34,798 nucleotides of DNA from a bacterium (GCA_043801585.1 JAZDLX010000107.1:1-34798); one strand, 5' to 3'; numbered from the stretch's first letter, positions 9,225 through 20,120 are shown. A program made the numbers and translations. The notes: generated by a model not told the origin, from the letters alone.

Positions 9225-10202
9225 ATGGCCCTCCCTTTCGAAGCCCTGTCGAACACCGTTCTGCTGGCAGCGAAAGCCACACGCATCGCTCTCGATCGAT
9301 CGAAGAAGATCGCTCGTCTGCAGAAAGCCGATCACACCACGGTCACTGCTGCCGATCTGGCGAGCCAGGTCATCCTGCTTTCGTCGGTGGCCGAGTTCGC
9401 GCCCGACGAAAAAGTCCTGGCGGAAGAATCTCCGCAGGCGTTGAGCAATCCAGCTTTCGCCGAAGAGGTGCGTGAGCTCGTCGAGGAGGTTCAGCGACGA
9501 TCCGTTTCAAAAGGTGAAGTGTACGATGCGATCGCCTATCGCGGGAATCCCGCCGGTGAAAACACCTGGTTCGTCGATCCGATCGACGGCACCCGGGGAT
9601 ATCTCGTGGGGCTCCATTACGCTGTTGCCGTCGCTCGAGTCGCCGAGGGACAGCTCGAGAATTCCTGGCTAGCCGTTCCGAAAAAGGACAACGGCGCGCT
9701 GTCCGGCGCATCAGGGCACCTCTTTACAGCAACTCGCAATCGTGGTGCCTTTCGCAAGCCTATCAACGGCGGCGATTGGGAAAAACTCCCCGCCCGGCAC
9801 CACCCCCCGGATGATCGACTGGCGGTAGTGGCCTCCCGGGCACATGACGCCGTGAAGCTTCCCCACTCCGTCAACAGAAAGAAGTGGGGCGTGGAGCTGC
9901 TGTCAATGGACTCCCAGGCAAAATACGCCGCCCTCGCCATTGGTCGCGCGGACATTTACCCACGCAAACCAAACCGGTGGTTCGGACCCTTCTTCTGCTG
10001 GGACCACGCTGCAGGAGTCCTTCTGGTCACCGAAACGGGAGGAGTGGCAACGGATCTGGCCGGGATGGAATTCGATTGGTCGCAGGGTGAACGACTGCTT
10101 GGGAATCGGGGAATTTTCGCGGCATCATCGTGGGAACGTTACCACGCCTTTCAACCGCAGTTCGCTGCTCATGCAACGAATCTTTTAAAGGGGAACAGGT
10201 AG
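9225..10202 (+). CDS. 3'(2'),5'-bisphosphate nucleotidase, inositol monophosphatase superfamily (HAL2/CysQ-like)
   Basis: KADHTTVTAAD, LAEE, VDPIDGTRGY, MDSQAKYA, WDHAAG; GGGAG RBS upstream. Confidence 0.88.
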   Translation: MALPFEALSNTVLLAAKATRIALDRSKKIARLQKADHTTVTAADLASQVILLSSVAEFAPDEKVLAEESPQALSNPAFAEEVRELVEEVQRRSVSKGEVYDAIAYRGNPAGENTWFVDPIDGTRGYLVGLHYAVAVARVAEGQLENSWLAVPKKDNGALSGASGHLFTATRNRGAFRKPINGGDWEKLPARHHPPDDRLAVVASRAHDAVKLPHSVNRKKWGVELLSMDSQAKYAALAIGRADIYPRKPNRWFGPFFCWDHAAGVLLVTETGGVATDLAGMEFDWSQGERLLGNRGIFAASSWERYHAFQPQFAAHATNLLKGNR

Positions 10203-10507
10203 CATTCCACCCTGCTCGTCTAATCGAGCTCTCGTCTACATATAGAGGGGGTGGCCAGCGGCCACCCCAAACTGGCTACATAACAGCAATCTCATCTTGG
10301 GGCGTTTCAGTGCGCATCGACCGCTCATTTGTTCAAAACACACGCCCCCACCGTAGGGTTCGCAAGTAAAATATACATTTTCACAAATGAAAGACGGGTT
10401 TTAAGAAGCAACATGAGATCTATTTATTGTCTTATCTGTTGAATTATTAATAGTTTTATTGTTGATTGCCTCTCCTGGAGCACAGTGTCACTCAATTACA
10501 TGTAATG

Positions 10508-10538
10508 AAAAAAGGGGCGGCTTCTGCCGTCCCTTTTT
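10508..10538. terminator. Intrinsic, potentially bidirectional terminator downstream of the sigma factor gene
   Basis: AAAAAAGGGGCGGC-TTCT-GCCGTCCCTTTTT, about 18 nt past the sigma stop; A-run on one side and T-run on the other. Confidence 0.85.
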
Positions 10539-10556
10539 CCGAAAAATGGTTTGAGC

Positions 10557-11387
10557 TTATCCAAGGTAGGCGCGCAGCGCCTTGCTGCGGGAGGTGTGCC
10601 GCAGACGACGGATCGCCTTTTCCTTGATCTGACGAACGCGTTCCCGTGTCAGGTTGAATTTTTCGCCGATCTCCTCGAGGGTGAGCGGCTGTTCGATATT
10701 CAACCCGAAATAGAGACGGATCACTTCCGCTTCACGCGGCGACAGAGTCGCCAGCGCGCGCTCGATCTCCTTCTTCAGGGATCCACTCATCAGATCCGTG
10801 TCAGGTGGCGGTTCCTGATCGTTGTGAAGGATATCGAGCAGGCGGTTGTCCTCGCCCTGGTTGAACGGCGCGTCCATCGATAGGTGCCGTCCGCTCATCT
10901 TCAGCGTGTCGGTGACTTCGAAGGCCGTCATGTCGAGCTCACTTGCGATTTCTTCGGGACTTGGTTCCCGCTCGAATTTCTGCTCGAGATTGCTGTAGGC
11001 CTTACCAATCTTGTTCAATGCACCGACACGGTTAAGAGGCAGCCGGACCACACGGCTTTGTTCCGCCAACGCCTGCAGAATGGACTGACGAATCCACCAC
11101 ACCGCGTAGGAAATGAACTTGAAACCGCGCGTCTCATCGAAACGTTCCGCTGCCTTGATCAGGCCAAGGTTGCCCTCGTTGATCAGGTCGCCAAGGCTCA
11201 GTCCCTGGTTCTGGTACTGTTTCGCAACCGAGACGACGAAGCGAAGGTTAGCCTTCGTCAACGTCTCAAGGGCGTCCTTGCTGCCTTTGCGGATCGCTCG
11301 CGCAAGCTCAATTTCCTGCTGGGTTGTGAGCAGATCGTACTCACCAATCTCCTGCAGGTACTTCTCCAATGACTGGTTCGCCCTCAC
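10557..11387 (-). CDS. rpoD: RNA polymerase sigma-70 factor, RpoD/SigA family, short form lacking region 1.1
   Basis: Region 1.2 [10 protein letters not shown], region 2 [13 protein letters not shown]...[10 protein letters not shown]...[16 protein letters not shown], region 4 [28 protein letters not shown] before the GTG. Confidence 0.93.
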   Translation of the reverse strand: MRANQSLEKYLQEIGEYDLLTTQQEIELARAIRKGSKDALETLTKANLRFVVSVAKQYQNQGLSLGDLINEGNLGLIKAAERFDETRGFKFISYAVWWIRQSILQALAEQSRVVRLPLNRVGALNKIGKAYSNLEQKFEREPSPEEIASELDMTAFEVTDTLKMSGRHLSMDAPFNQGEDNRLLDILHNDQEPPPDTDLMSGSLKKEIERALATLSPREAEVIRLYFGLNIEQPLTLEEIGEKFNLTRERVRQIKEKAIRRLRHTSRSKALRAYLG

Positions 11388-11428
11388 GCTACTCCCGTGA
11401 TAAACCTTCGAACCGAAGGATTCATGTG

Positions 11429-12952
11429 TTAACGCTTCAATGCTGTGAAGCGAGAATTGCCTTTCCCCTGGCTGAAGTACATCACCAGCACCGCGCGGTC
11501 GATGCCGCGAAGCCGGGATGTTACCTCCTGCCAGTCCTGCACGGACCTGACGTCACGCCCGTCGACACGGGTGATCACATCCCCCGTGCGGAGTTTCCCC
11601 TCAGCTGGGCTGTCGGCATCAACCTCGAGCACCACCACGCCACTTTCGACATCAGGGTTCGTCCGCAGCGCCTGAGGGCTGTCCATCCCTGCAACCGCGA
11701 TTCCCATCCACGTCGCGGCGCCCCCTGCAACTCCGGGCCGCGCCGAGGCAACAAATTCGCTGCGATCCGCAAGGGTAAAGCTCAACTCGCGGCGTTTTCC
11801 ATCACGCAGGATGGTCAGGTTCAGTGTTTCACCCGGCTGGTGCCGGGCGACACGCATTCGAAAATCCTGAACATCCTCCACAAGACGGCCGTCGATGGCG
11901 ACAATCACGTCCGAACCGCGAAGACCGCCCCTGTCCGCCGGGGTTCCCTCCGAAACCGACTCGACAAAAACGCCCGTTACTGTTTCATCGAGCCTCAGCG
12001 CCTCTTTCTTGAGTGGATCGAGATCGACGGGAACCATGCCGAGGTACCCGCGCCGCACCACCCCACCCTGCAGCAGCTGGCCAATTACATCCCTGGCAAG
12101 ATTGATCGGTATGGCAAAACCAATCCCATTCGCGGCGGCGTTTACGGCTGCATTGATACCGATCACCTCGCCGTGGATGTTTGCCAGGGGACCTCCGGAA
12201 TTGCCAAAGTTAATTGCAGCATCGGTCTGGATGAAGTCCTGAAAGACAGGTCCGCCTCCAGAGATAAGAAGGTCGGAACGTCCTTTCGCGCTGATCACGC
12301 CAACCGTCAGCGTCCAGTCCAGGCCGAGCGGGTTGCCCATCGCCACGGCCCAGTCGCCGATGCGGATATCATCGCTGTTGCCGAGTGTGGCCACCCAATC
12401 CGCGGAAACCTCGCCAATGCTCAGCAGGGCAAGATCGGTTTCCGGGTCCGCGCCGATGAGCGATGCCGTCCGTTCTTCACCGTCCGCGAGGGTCACCGTG
12501 ATCTCGCTTCCACCCTCGACAACATGGTGATTTGTCACCACCCGACCCTTGCTGTCGATGATCACACCCGACCCACCCGAGGTGATCTGGGGGTGTGACC
12601 GGCCACCAAACAAATCCTCGAATCCGGCGAAGCCGCCAAAGTCCGCCTCTTTCTTCACGGTGATGTTCACAACGGAATGTTTGAGGCGATCGGCGACCGC
12701 GACGAACGGGCTTTCAAACTTCGTATCAATGACAGGCAGAATTCTTTGGGGTGGCTTCTGGACCCTGTTCTCGTCTTCTGCAACCTGGTTCTGAATCGGC
12801 TCCGAAGGTGTCGAAACAGAGGATGTTTCATCCACAGAACCCTTCGGCGAGTTCTCGTCGAGCCTCTCTGCTGCAAACGCGAGGAGTACAAGAACCACCA
12901 GAACCACTCCCAACAGGGCTCCACCCCTCGGGAACGACAGCCATTTTGTCAT
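11429..12952 (-). CDS. Do/DegP/HtrA-family serine endoprotease with two PDZ domains
   Basis: N-terminal TM/signal segment; catalytic triad [27 protein letters not shown]; two PDZ repeats. Confidence 0.95.
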   Translation of the reverse strand: MTKWLSFPRGGALLGVVLVVLVLLAFAAERLDENSPKGSVDETSSVSTPSEPIQNQVAEDENRVQKPPQRILPVIDTKFESPFVAVADRLKHSVVNITVKKEADFGGFAGFEDLFGGRSHPQITSGGSGVIIDSKGRVVTNHHVVEGGSEITVTLADGEERTASLIGADPETDLALLSIGEVSADWVATLGNSDDIRIGDWAVAMGNPLGLDWTLTVGVISAKGRSDLLISGGGPVFQDFIQTDAAINFGNSGGPLANIHGEVIGINAAVNAAANGIGFAIPINLARDVIGQLLQGGVVRRGYLGMVPVDLDPLKKEALRLDETVTGVFVESVSEGTPADRGGLRGSDVIVAIDGRLVEDVQDFRMRVARHQPGETLNLTILRDGKRRELSFTLADRSEFVASARPGVAGGAATWMGIAVAGMDSPQALRTNPDVESGVVVLEVDADSPAEGKLRTGDVITRVDGRDVRSVQDWQEVTSRLRGIDRAVLVMYFSQGKGNSRFTALKR

Positions 12953-13129
12953 GCTCTATCCTACCTTCGACAGCGCCGCGCCAATACCTATGTTCCCCCG
13001 CGCTGCCTGATGTTGTTCGGCTCCAATACTCTTTTACCCGGCACCCAGTGTACTCGACTGTCTCACGGAAGTTCCCATAGCGACAGGAATTCCGGGCTTC
13101 ATTAAATCAACAACAAGAACGTCTTTTCT

Positions 13130-14221
13130 TCAATCGATCCAGTCGGCGAGGAAAAGGTTTGTCTCGCCCGGACCCTTGCCACCACGATTCGAGGCGAAGA
13201 CCAGCAGTTTGCCATCATTGGAGAACATCGGGAAACCGTCAAACGATGGGTTGTTCGTAATCTTCTCGAGACCGGTGCCGTCCTTGTGAATCAGGTAGAG
13301 CTCAAAGTTGGGCATCCTGCTCATGTTGGATGCGTCGGAGTCGCCATAGTTGCTCGAAAAAATGATCCTCTCTTCATCAGGATGCATGTATGGACCGAAA
13401 CTCGCCGTCCCCATGTTGGTCACCTGGTACTGCTCCGACCCATCCGCCTTCATCAACATGATCTCAAGGCGCATCGGGCTGACTACCTCGTGCGAGGTCA
13501 GGTAGCGGGAGTGGTCGATCTCTTCCCTGCCCACCGGATGGTTGGACCGGTAAACGATATAGGTGCCTTTCGGACTGAAGAAGGGTCCGCCGTCATATCC
13601 CAACGTCCAGGTGAGCCGTTTCAAATTGGTCCCATCAATGTTCATTTTGTACAAATCGAGATCTCCGCTTCGTATCGAACAGAAAACCAACGATTTACCG
13701 TCGGGACTCACGACCGATTCCGCATCATATCCGGGCGTATCAGTCAATTGTTGCAACACCGTGCCATCTCGACGGGCACGGTAGATGTCGAATCCCTTGT
13801 GCAGCGGCCAGACATAGCCGAGGCTCTGATCCGGAGCTGGGGGGCACTCCATACTCGCACCATGCGTACTCGCGTAAATGAATTCGTCAGTACCCGGAAT
13901 GAAGAACGAACAAGTAGTTACACCGCCCCCCGTGGAAACCATCTTCGTTTCTCCCGTCGCCAGGTTCATGATGTAAATCTGGTCGCACTCGCCTTTCTTT
14001 TCATGTGATTGATAAATCAGCCACTTACTGTCAGGGCTGAAATAGCCTTCCGCATTTTCGCCACCAAACGTCAGTTGCCGCAGGTTTTTCATGTGCTTCT
14101 CTTCACCGGGCATCAGCAGGTTGTCGGCGGGTTGGGGCTTTTTTGCCGCGGCGTTCACCGGGATCAGCAACAGAACCATTACCGTTGCGAAAAGCGCGTT
14201 GATCCATCGGGAAGGATGCAT
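13130..14221 (-). CDS. Exported TolB-like beta-propeller (PD40 repeat) protein
   Basis: Signal peptide ending NAAA; repeats FSPDSK, VSPDGK, FSPKGT, MHPDEE, FSNDGK with LT..GYD spacers. Confidence 0.88.
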   Translation of the reverse strand: MHPSRWINALFATVMVLLLIPVNAAAKKPQPADNLLMPGEEKHMKNLRQLTFGGENAEGYFSPDSKWLIYQSHEKKGECDQIYIMNLATGETKMVSTGGGVTTCSFFIPGTDEFIYASTHGASMECPPAPDQSLGYVWPLHKGFDIYRARRDGTVLQQLTDTPGYDAESVVSPDGKSLVFCSIRSGDLDLYKMNIDGTNLKRLTWTLGYDGGPFFSPKGTYIVYRSNHPVGREEIDHSRYLTSHEVVSPMRLEIMLMKADGSEQYQVTNMGTASFGPYMHPDEERIIFSSNYGDSDASNMSRMPNFELYLIHKDGTGLEKITNNPSFDGFPMFSNDGKLLVFASNRGGKGPGETNLFLADWID

Positions 14222-14295
14222 CGGGTCTCCTGAGGGGGGGGGTTCGTGTTAACAACAGGCTCTGAGGATAGGCAAACATCGCCGTCCGGGCAAGG

Positions 14296-15195
14296 CTAAC
14301 TTCCGAGAGTGACGAGAACTGCTCCGGTCACACCGAGAGCGATTCCTGCGACTCTTTTCACCCCTGCGGATTCCCCAAGAAGCAGCACGGCCAGTAGAAA
14401 AATGAAAAGGTTCGAGGTCTGGTTCAGCGCCGTCGCGGTGGAGGCGAGGGTATATTTGACGCCACCAAGCATCAGCGTCAACGCCAGATATGTTCCGCTG
14501 AACGATCCCGGCAGCAGCACTTTCAGGTTTTCCCAGCGAACGAGCGATGCAATGTTCGCCCTGCGATCCCTGCGCAGCAACAGCACCGGAATAAGGAACA
14601 GCAGCCCTCCGATCAGACGCAGCTCCGTGGCGACAATCGTCGGGGTCCGCTCCAGCACCGGCTTGATGGCGACCACGGATACGGCCTGGGTAATCATCGC
14701 AATCACGGACCAGAGGATGCCGATCCACAGACTCGCTCTTCTATCGCGCGAGATTTCCTTTTCAATCCGCGTGACCATCATGAGAGCGGCGGCGATCATC
14801 ACAACGCCCAACCACTGGATGATGCCGAGACGCTCGCCCAGCATTCCCATCGAAAAACCGATTACCATCGGTGTGTAGAGCGTCCAGAGAATGGCAATCA
14901 ACCCGGCCCCAAGGCGGTTCAGGGAGGCGAGCAGGAACGTGTCCGAGATTCCCAACCCGACAATCCCCGCTCCAACCAGGAGCCAGACGTCCCGTGACGG
15001 CACCCTGGCGAACAGTGAATGCCCCAGAACCATCCACGACAGCGCGAGCAGGAGCAGCGAGAACGAATTCTTGAAAAAATTCAACGCGAGGGGGTGCACC
15101 GTCTCCCCGGCGCGGCGAAAGAATATCACTCCCACCGCCCACGCCAGCGAGGAGCCCAGCGCCAGCATTTCTCCCAGGCAGGGGAAGGGACTCAC
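14296..15195 (-). CDS. EamA/DMT-family transporter (paralog 3)
   Basis: About 10 TM segments with two EamA repeats; its GTG start overlaps the upstream TGA (GTGA); PLALNFFK and KYTLAS.A..LNQTS motifs. Confidence 0.9.
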   Translation of the reverse strand: MSPFPCLGEMLALGSSLAWAVGVIFFRRAGETVHPLALNFFKNSFSLLLLALSWMVLGHSLFARVPSRDVWLLVGAGIVGLGISDTFLLASLNRLGAGLIAILWTLYTPMVIGFSMGMLGERLGIIQWLGVVMIAAALMMVTRIEKEISRDRRASLWIGILWSVIAMITQAVSVVAIKPVLERTPTIVATELRLIGGLLFLIPVLLLRRDRRANIASLVRWENLKVLLPGSFSGTYLALTLMLGGVKYTLASTATALNQTSNLFIFLLAVLLLGESAGVKRVAGIALGVTGAVLVTLGS

Positions 15196-16103
15196 ACAAT
15201 CTCCCCGAAGATCACCAGCAACACTCCGCCCATTCCGATGATGACGCCGAGGACACGCTTGGCGGTTACCGGTTCACGCAGCAGGAGCGCCGCGAGCAGA
15301 AACGTGAAGAGGGTTGAGGTCTGGTTCAGGGCGGAGGCGGTGGAAGCCTGGGTGTATTTCATCCCCGAGAGCCAGAAGACAAGAGAAACATACGTCCCGA
15401 TCAACGATGCGGGAATCATCGACGACCACACGGAGCGGTTTCGGAGTTCGGCAAACATCTTTCTCCGCCCTCGCAGAAACGGCAGAATCAGGAACATCAC
15501 GGCGATGCCGCCAAGCAGCCTCCACGTGTTCGCCCAGAAAATCGGGGCGTCGCCAAGCATCGGCTTGATCATCACAATGGAAATGGCTTGCGTCAACGCC
15601 GCAAGCACGCCGAACAGAATTCCCAGTGCTCGCTGCCTCGGATCGACATTCCCGGATGGCCCCTTCATCCTCGTTACCGCGAGTACGGCTCCCAGGATGA
15701 GTGCCACGCCGAAGAGTTGCAAAGGAGTCATCACTTCGCCCAGGAATAGCACGGAGAGCACGATGATGCTTGGGCTGTAGGAGGTGTTGACGATGGCCTG
15801 GAGTCCCGCGCCGAGGCGGTTCAGCGTCATGAAGAAAAAGGTGTCGCTGATCCCGATGCCGATGGCTCCGCTGGCGATCAGAAGAAAGATCTGGGACGAC
15901 GGCACATCGCGGATGAGCCCCTGTCCAGTGAGCAACGCCGTCGCGGCAAAAAGAAAAATAGCAAAAAAATTCTTGAAAAAATTCAGGGGAATGGGTGAAA
16001 CACTCTTGCCTGTAATCCGAAAAAGGATAACTGCGAAGGACCACGAGAGAGGCGCGAGCAAAGCAAATGTTTCGCCGATGTAGGGAATTCCATGCAAGTC
16101 CAT
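15192..16103 (-). CDS. EamA/DMT-family transporter (paralog 2)
   Basis: About 10 TM segments; PYIGE, PIPLNFFK, GISDT, KYTQASTASALNQTS, LREP. Confidence 0.9.
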   Translation of the reverse strand: MDLHGIPYIGETFALLAPLSWSFAVILFRITGKSVSPIPLNFFKNFFAIFLFAATALLTGQGLIRDVPSSQIFLLIASGAIGIGISDTFFFMTLNRLGAGLQAIVNTSYSPSIIVLSVLFLGEVMTPLQLFGVALILGAVLAVTRMKGPSGNVDPRQRALGILFGVLAALTQAISIVMIKPMLGDAPIFWANTWRLLGGIAVMFLILPFLRGRRKMFAELRNRSVWSSMIPASLIGTYVSLVFWLSGMKYTQASTASALNQTSTLFTFLLAALLLREPVTAKRVLGVIIGMGGVLLVIFGEIV

Positions 16104-16172
16104 CCTGCCGCCTCTCCCGTCAACGTGTGGAGGTCCGTTTCTCTACCAAATATCTCCCGCTTCATCCCTCCG

Positions 16173-17078
16173 TCAGGCAAAGGTGACAAAGAATACCCCG
16201 GCTGCAGCCAGAACGATCGCCACCAGTTTCCGCCGGGTCACCGGCTCACGCAACAGGATCGCTGCGAAGATGAATGTGAAAATAGTGCTTGTCTGATTCA
16301 ACGTTCCAGCGATGCTCGCTTCCGTGTATTTCATTCCGCCCAGCCATGTAATCAGTGTGATGTACTGTCCAAAAAAGGCCCCGGCGATCATATAGGGCCA
16401 GCCGCGACGCACAATCATCGAACCGAGAACCTGCAAACGCCGCGGTTGAAATACAAGCTGCACTCCCAATGCCGCCAGGCCGCCTACCAACCGCCAGACT
16501 GTGGCCCAATAGAGAGACTGCCCGCTCAGTACCGGCTTGACCAGAACCATGCCGACAGCCATCAGGCCACTCGCCAGCAGGCCAAGCAGCACCCCAATAA
16601 CCAGCGTCCTGCGGGGAAGGGTTCCGTTGCGTTCGGTTGTCGTATAAGTAGCAACGAAAACGGCGCCAACAATCAGCGCCGCGCCCACCCCCTGGCCCAT
16701 ATTAAGACGCTCCCCCAGAAAGATCGTGGAAAGCAGGATCACATATGGAGCGTAGGACGCCTCGACCACCGCCGTTCTTCCCGCACCGATCATGTTCAGG
16801 CTTTTAAAGAAGATGGTGTCGGCGAGGCCGATCCCCAGCAATCCCGAAAGAATGGTGACGATGTACACCCTGGACGGCAGAGATGGAAAAAGATCCACCC
16901 CCAGAAGCAGGGCGGTGGGAACCAATAGAATAAATGCAAAACTGCATTTGAAAAGGTTCAACGCGAGGGGGCGTACGGTTTCACCACTTTTCTTGTAGAG
17001 AATGACAGAGAGCGCCCACAGAACCGCTGTGATCAGCGAAAGGATTTCGCCGAGGTAGGGAATGGGCGCTGCCTGCAT
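16173..17078 (-). CDS. EamA/DMT-family transporter (paralog 1)
   Basis: About 10 TM segments; PYLGE, PLALNLFK, GLADT, KYTEASIAGTLNQTS. Start at 17078 chosen by alignment with the paralogs. Confidence 0.9.
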   Translation of the reverse strand: MQAAPIPYLGEILSLITAVLWALSVILYKKSGETVRPLALNLFKCSFAFILLVPTALLLGVDLFPSLPSRVYIVTILSGLLGIGLADTIFFKSLNMIGAGRTAVVEASYAPYVILLSTIFLGERLNMGQGVGAALIVGAVFVATYTTTERNGTLPRRTLVIGVLLGLLASGLMAVGMVLVKPVLSGQSLYWATVWRLVGGLAALGVQLVFQPRRLQVLGSMIVRRGWPYMIAGAFFGQYITLITWLGGMKYTEASIAGTLNQTSTIFTFIFAAILLREPVTRRKLVAIVLAAAGVFFVTFA

Positions 17079-17254
17079 CGATCCCACCTTCAGGTCTGGG
17101 ACTGGGAACGCGGCAAGATACTTCACTCGAAAGGGATTACACGATGCAAAAGGGAGCATGCCCTTTCAGCGAGAGACGCAACGGAAAGACCCTGTAAACG
17201 GATTACCCAGACAGCCTGGAGGCAACAACTTTAAAAATGTCTGATGTACAAAAT

Positions 17255-17291
17255 CAGACAGTTTAGGAGGATTTCGTTTTCAAACTGTCTG
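17255..17291. repeat. Inverted-repeat element CAGACAGTTT...AAACTGTCTG (copy 2 of 2)
   Basis: 10-bp perfect arms shared with 64-101; lies 8 nt past the copA stop; overlaps a second hairpin tgtctgat-N7-atcagaca (17238-17260). Confidence 0.75.
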
Positions 17292-17299
17292 CGTTTCGC

Positions 17300-19522
17300 T
17301 CAGTCCAGTTTCGCCTTGCCAAGACGGAGACTGTTCAGAACGACCGAGACACTCGAGAACGCCATCGCTCCCGCTGCCAGCGCGGGGTGCAGGTGCCGCA
17401 GGATTTCCGGCGCCCAGACAACAGAGGCCAACACCCCCGCAGCAACCGGAATCAGTGCAACGTTGTAGAAAAACGCCCAGAAAAGATTCTCGTGAATGCC
17501 GCGCATCATTCTGCGCGAAAGCACAATCGAACGCGGGAGACCCTCGAGTTCGCCGCCGACGAGGGTGATGTCGGAGGTTTCCATCGCTACGTCGGTTCCA
17601 CTGCCCATGGCGATACCGATGTCCGCACGGGCGAGGGCGGGCGCGTCATTGATCCCATCCCCGACCATCGCGACACGGTTTCCACCCTCCTGCTCTTTTC
17701 GCACGACTTCTTCCTTGCCTTCCGGTAGGACGCCTGCGATCACTCGAACGATTCCAAGACTGGTTGCGACGGCCCAGGCGGCGGCTTCATGGTCGCCCGT
17801 GACCATCACCGACTCCACGCCAAGCTTCTTCAGACGAGCCACCACTGCTGCAGCGTCCTCTTTCACCGCGTCGGCGGTGGCGATCAGGCCGATGTCGGTT
17901 CCGTTCCGTCGTACACGCATCAGGGACTTTCCCTCCGCACGGAGCCGTTCCGCCACCGATGCCAGCTCGCCGTGCATTTCCCCGAAGGCATCCGGACGGC
18001 CAACGTCAATGTTCGACCCTTCGACCTCCGCCTCAATCCCGACACCAGATTTTGCGATGTGGCGGGTGGGCGGTTTGATGACGAGACCACGGTCCTTCGC
18101 CGCGCGAACCACCGCCTTCGCCAGGGGATGCCCCGATGGTTCCTGTGCACAGGCCGTCATCCGAAGCAGCTCCGCCTCGCCCACTCCGTTCAGCGGAATG
18201 ATGTCGGTGACGTGAGGGCGACCGTATGTCAATGTCCCGGTCTTGTCCAGAAGCATCGTCTTCAGTCCGCTGGCGGTCTCCACCGCTTCCGCATCACGGA
18301 AAAGGACACCGTTACGGGCGCCGAGCCCCATGCCGACCATGACAGCCGTTGGGGTGGCAAGCCCCAACGCACAGGGGCAGGCGATGACCAGAACGGCGAC
18401 CAGCCGGATCAAGGCAGGCTCAAACGATCCTCCGATCCAGTACCAGATCCCGAAGGTGATCAGAGCAATGGTGATAATCGCTGGAACGAACACCGCAGCA
18501 ACACGGTCGGCGACACGCTGAACCGGTGCCTTCGTACCTTGTGCGCGCCGAACCAGGTCAACGATACGCGCCATCGCGGTATCCACACCAACGCCTGTTG
18601 CGATTATTGTCAGCGCACCGTGCTGATTCACCGTGGATCCAAAAACCTTAGCACCCGGACCCTTGTCCACAGGAATCGATTCGCCGGTCAACGCCGATTC
18701 GTCCACGGCGGACTGCCCCGACACCACCTCGCCGTCAACGGGAAACGCCTCTCCGGGACCGACGATCAGACGGTCGCCTTCCTCCACCATTCCCACGGGA
18801 ATGGTTTCAGTGGTGCCGTCCGGACGCACACGCGTCGCCACCTTCGGCGCCAGGTCCATCAACGCCCGGATTGCACCGGAGGTCTTTCCCTTTGCTCGCG
18901 CTTCCAACCATTTTCCGATCTTGATCAGGGTGAGGATCAAGGCGGACGTCTCGAAGTAGACATGGCCGTGGAGCCCGGGGAGCACCATCACGGCGAGGGA
19001 ATAGGCATAGGCGGTTGAAGAACCCAGCGCGACGAGTACATCCATGTTGGCTGATCCATTGCGGAGGCTCTTGTACGCGCCGACGTAATACCCCCAGCCG
19101 GTATAGAACTGTACCGGTGTGGCCAGGAGCAGAAAGAGCAGGTTCACCCAGGGAGCGAGCGACCAGACTCCGAGCAAACCGGCGTCGCGTCCCATGGAAA
19201 GAAGGAATAGAGGTACCGTAAACGTGATCCCCACCCAGAGGGCACGCTGTTGCGTACGTTCCTCAGCCTTACGAGCGGCTGTCTCCGCATCCTCCCCCTC
19301 GGAGGGTAGAACAAGGTGGTAGCCGGCCGATTCCACGTTGTGCGCCAGCTTCTCCAGGTTTACGACATCCGTGTCGTACACCACGCGCACGTTTTCCGCG
19401 GCGAGATTCACCGACGCCGATACGACGCCTTCCGTTTTCTTTGCGAGAACACGTTCAATGGACAGTGCGCAATTTGCGCAGGTCATACCGACGACAGGCA
19501 GTGATACCTCTTTCTGAGCCAT
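17300..19522 (-). CDS. copA: Copper-translocating P1B-1 ATPase
   Basis: Metal-binding domain [37 protein letters not shown] and MAFSS; AGGTGGAG upstream. Confidence 0.95.
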   Translation of the reverse strand: MAQKEVSLPVVGMTCANCALSIERVLAKKTEGVVSASVNLAAENVRVVYDTDVVNLEKLAHNVESAGYHLVLPSEGEDAETAARKAEERTQQRALWVGITFTVPLFLLSMGRDAGLLGVWSLAPWVNLLFLLLATPVQFYTGWGYYVGAYKSLRNGSANMDVLVALGSSTAYAYSLAVMVLPGLHGHVYFETSALILTLIKIGKWLEARAKGKTSGAIRALMDLAPKVATRVRPDGTTETIPVGMVEEGDRLIVGPGEAFPVDGEVVSGQSAVDESALTGESIPVDKGPGAKVFGSTVNQHGALTIIATGVGVDTAMARIVDLVRRAQGTKAPVQRVADRVAAVFVPAIITIALITFGIWYWIGGSFEPALIRLVAVLVIACPCALGLATPTAVMVGMGLGARNGVLFRDAEAVETASGLKTMLLDKTGTLTYGRPHVTDIIPLNGVGEAELLRMTACAQEPSGHPLAKAVVRAAKDRGLVIKPPTRHIAKSGVGIEAEVEGSNIDVGRPDAFGEMHGELASVAERLRAEGKSLMRVRRNGTDIGLIATADAVKEDAAAVVARLKKLGVESVMVTGDHEAAAWAVATSLGIVRVIAGVLPEGKEEVVRKEQEGGNRVAMVGDGINDAPALARADIGIAMGSGTDVAMETSDITLVGGELEGLPRSIVLSRRMMRGIHENLFWAFFYNVALIPVAAGVLASVVWAPEILRHLHPALAAGAMAFSSVSVVLNSLRLGKAKLD

Positions 19523-19603
19523 GTTGAACACTCCACCTTCAAACAGTTTCCCGCCACGGAAAAACGGTTTATATGCAACCGTGTTTCTTCAAAACAGTAT
19601 CGA

Positions 19604-19831
19604 TCAGGCGGTCGGAAGAACCAACGTGTACCCCGCCTCGGTTACTGCGTCGGCCATCGCCGCAAGTTCCGCGACCGAAGGATCGTAGGTGATTGTCGCC
19701 TCGCCCTTCTCCAGGCTGACGTCCGCACTGGATACCCCCTGTACATCCTCGATCAGTGCATTTTTCACGTGCATCACGCAATGCATGCAGCTCATTCCCT
19801 GTACCTTCAACGTCGTTGTCGTCTCTGCCAT
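19604..19831 (-). CDS. copZ: Copper chaperone (HMA domain)
   Basis: GMSCMHC...AVTEAGY; GGAG before the ATG at 19831; directly upstream of copA. Confidence 0.92.
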   Translation of the reverse strand: MAETTTTLKVQGMSCMHCVMHVKNALIEDVQGVSSADVSLEKGEATITYDPSVAELAAMADAVTEAGYTLVLPTA

Positions 19832-20120
19832 CGTTTTCTCCGTCATTAAAAGTTGTCTTTCAAAAACAGAAAAGAGGGACGCAGTCGCCGCTGTTCCCCC
19901 TATTGATACGTCGTCGGTCAATCAACTCACGAAATACTAACGGTCCGGGAAACCCTGTTGTAAGAGCTTCACATGGCCCGAAATCCGAAACCCACCACCC
20001 TCCTCTGTGAGATGCACAAGTATCCGACAAGTTCCAACCATGCGCGACCTGTTTCTCCCGGACGCCTCCCCGATTTTCCTGCGGAGAAAGGCAATCTATA
20101 CGAATCGGAATAATCATGAA

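Noticed and set aside
19832..20120. Possible CsoR/CueR/CopY operator upstream of copZ
   Set aside because: I found no convincing operator palindrome and no copper regulator gene in the window; only a weak hairpin near 19874-19900.
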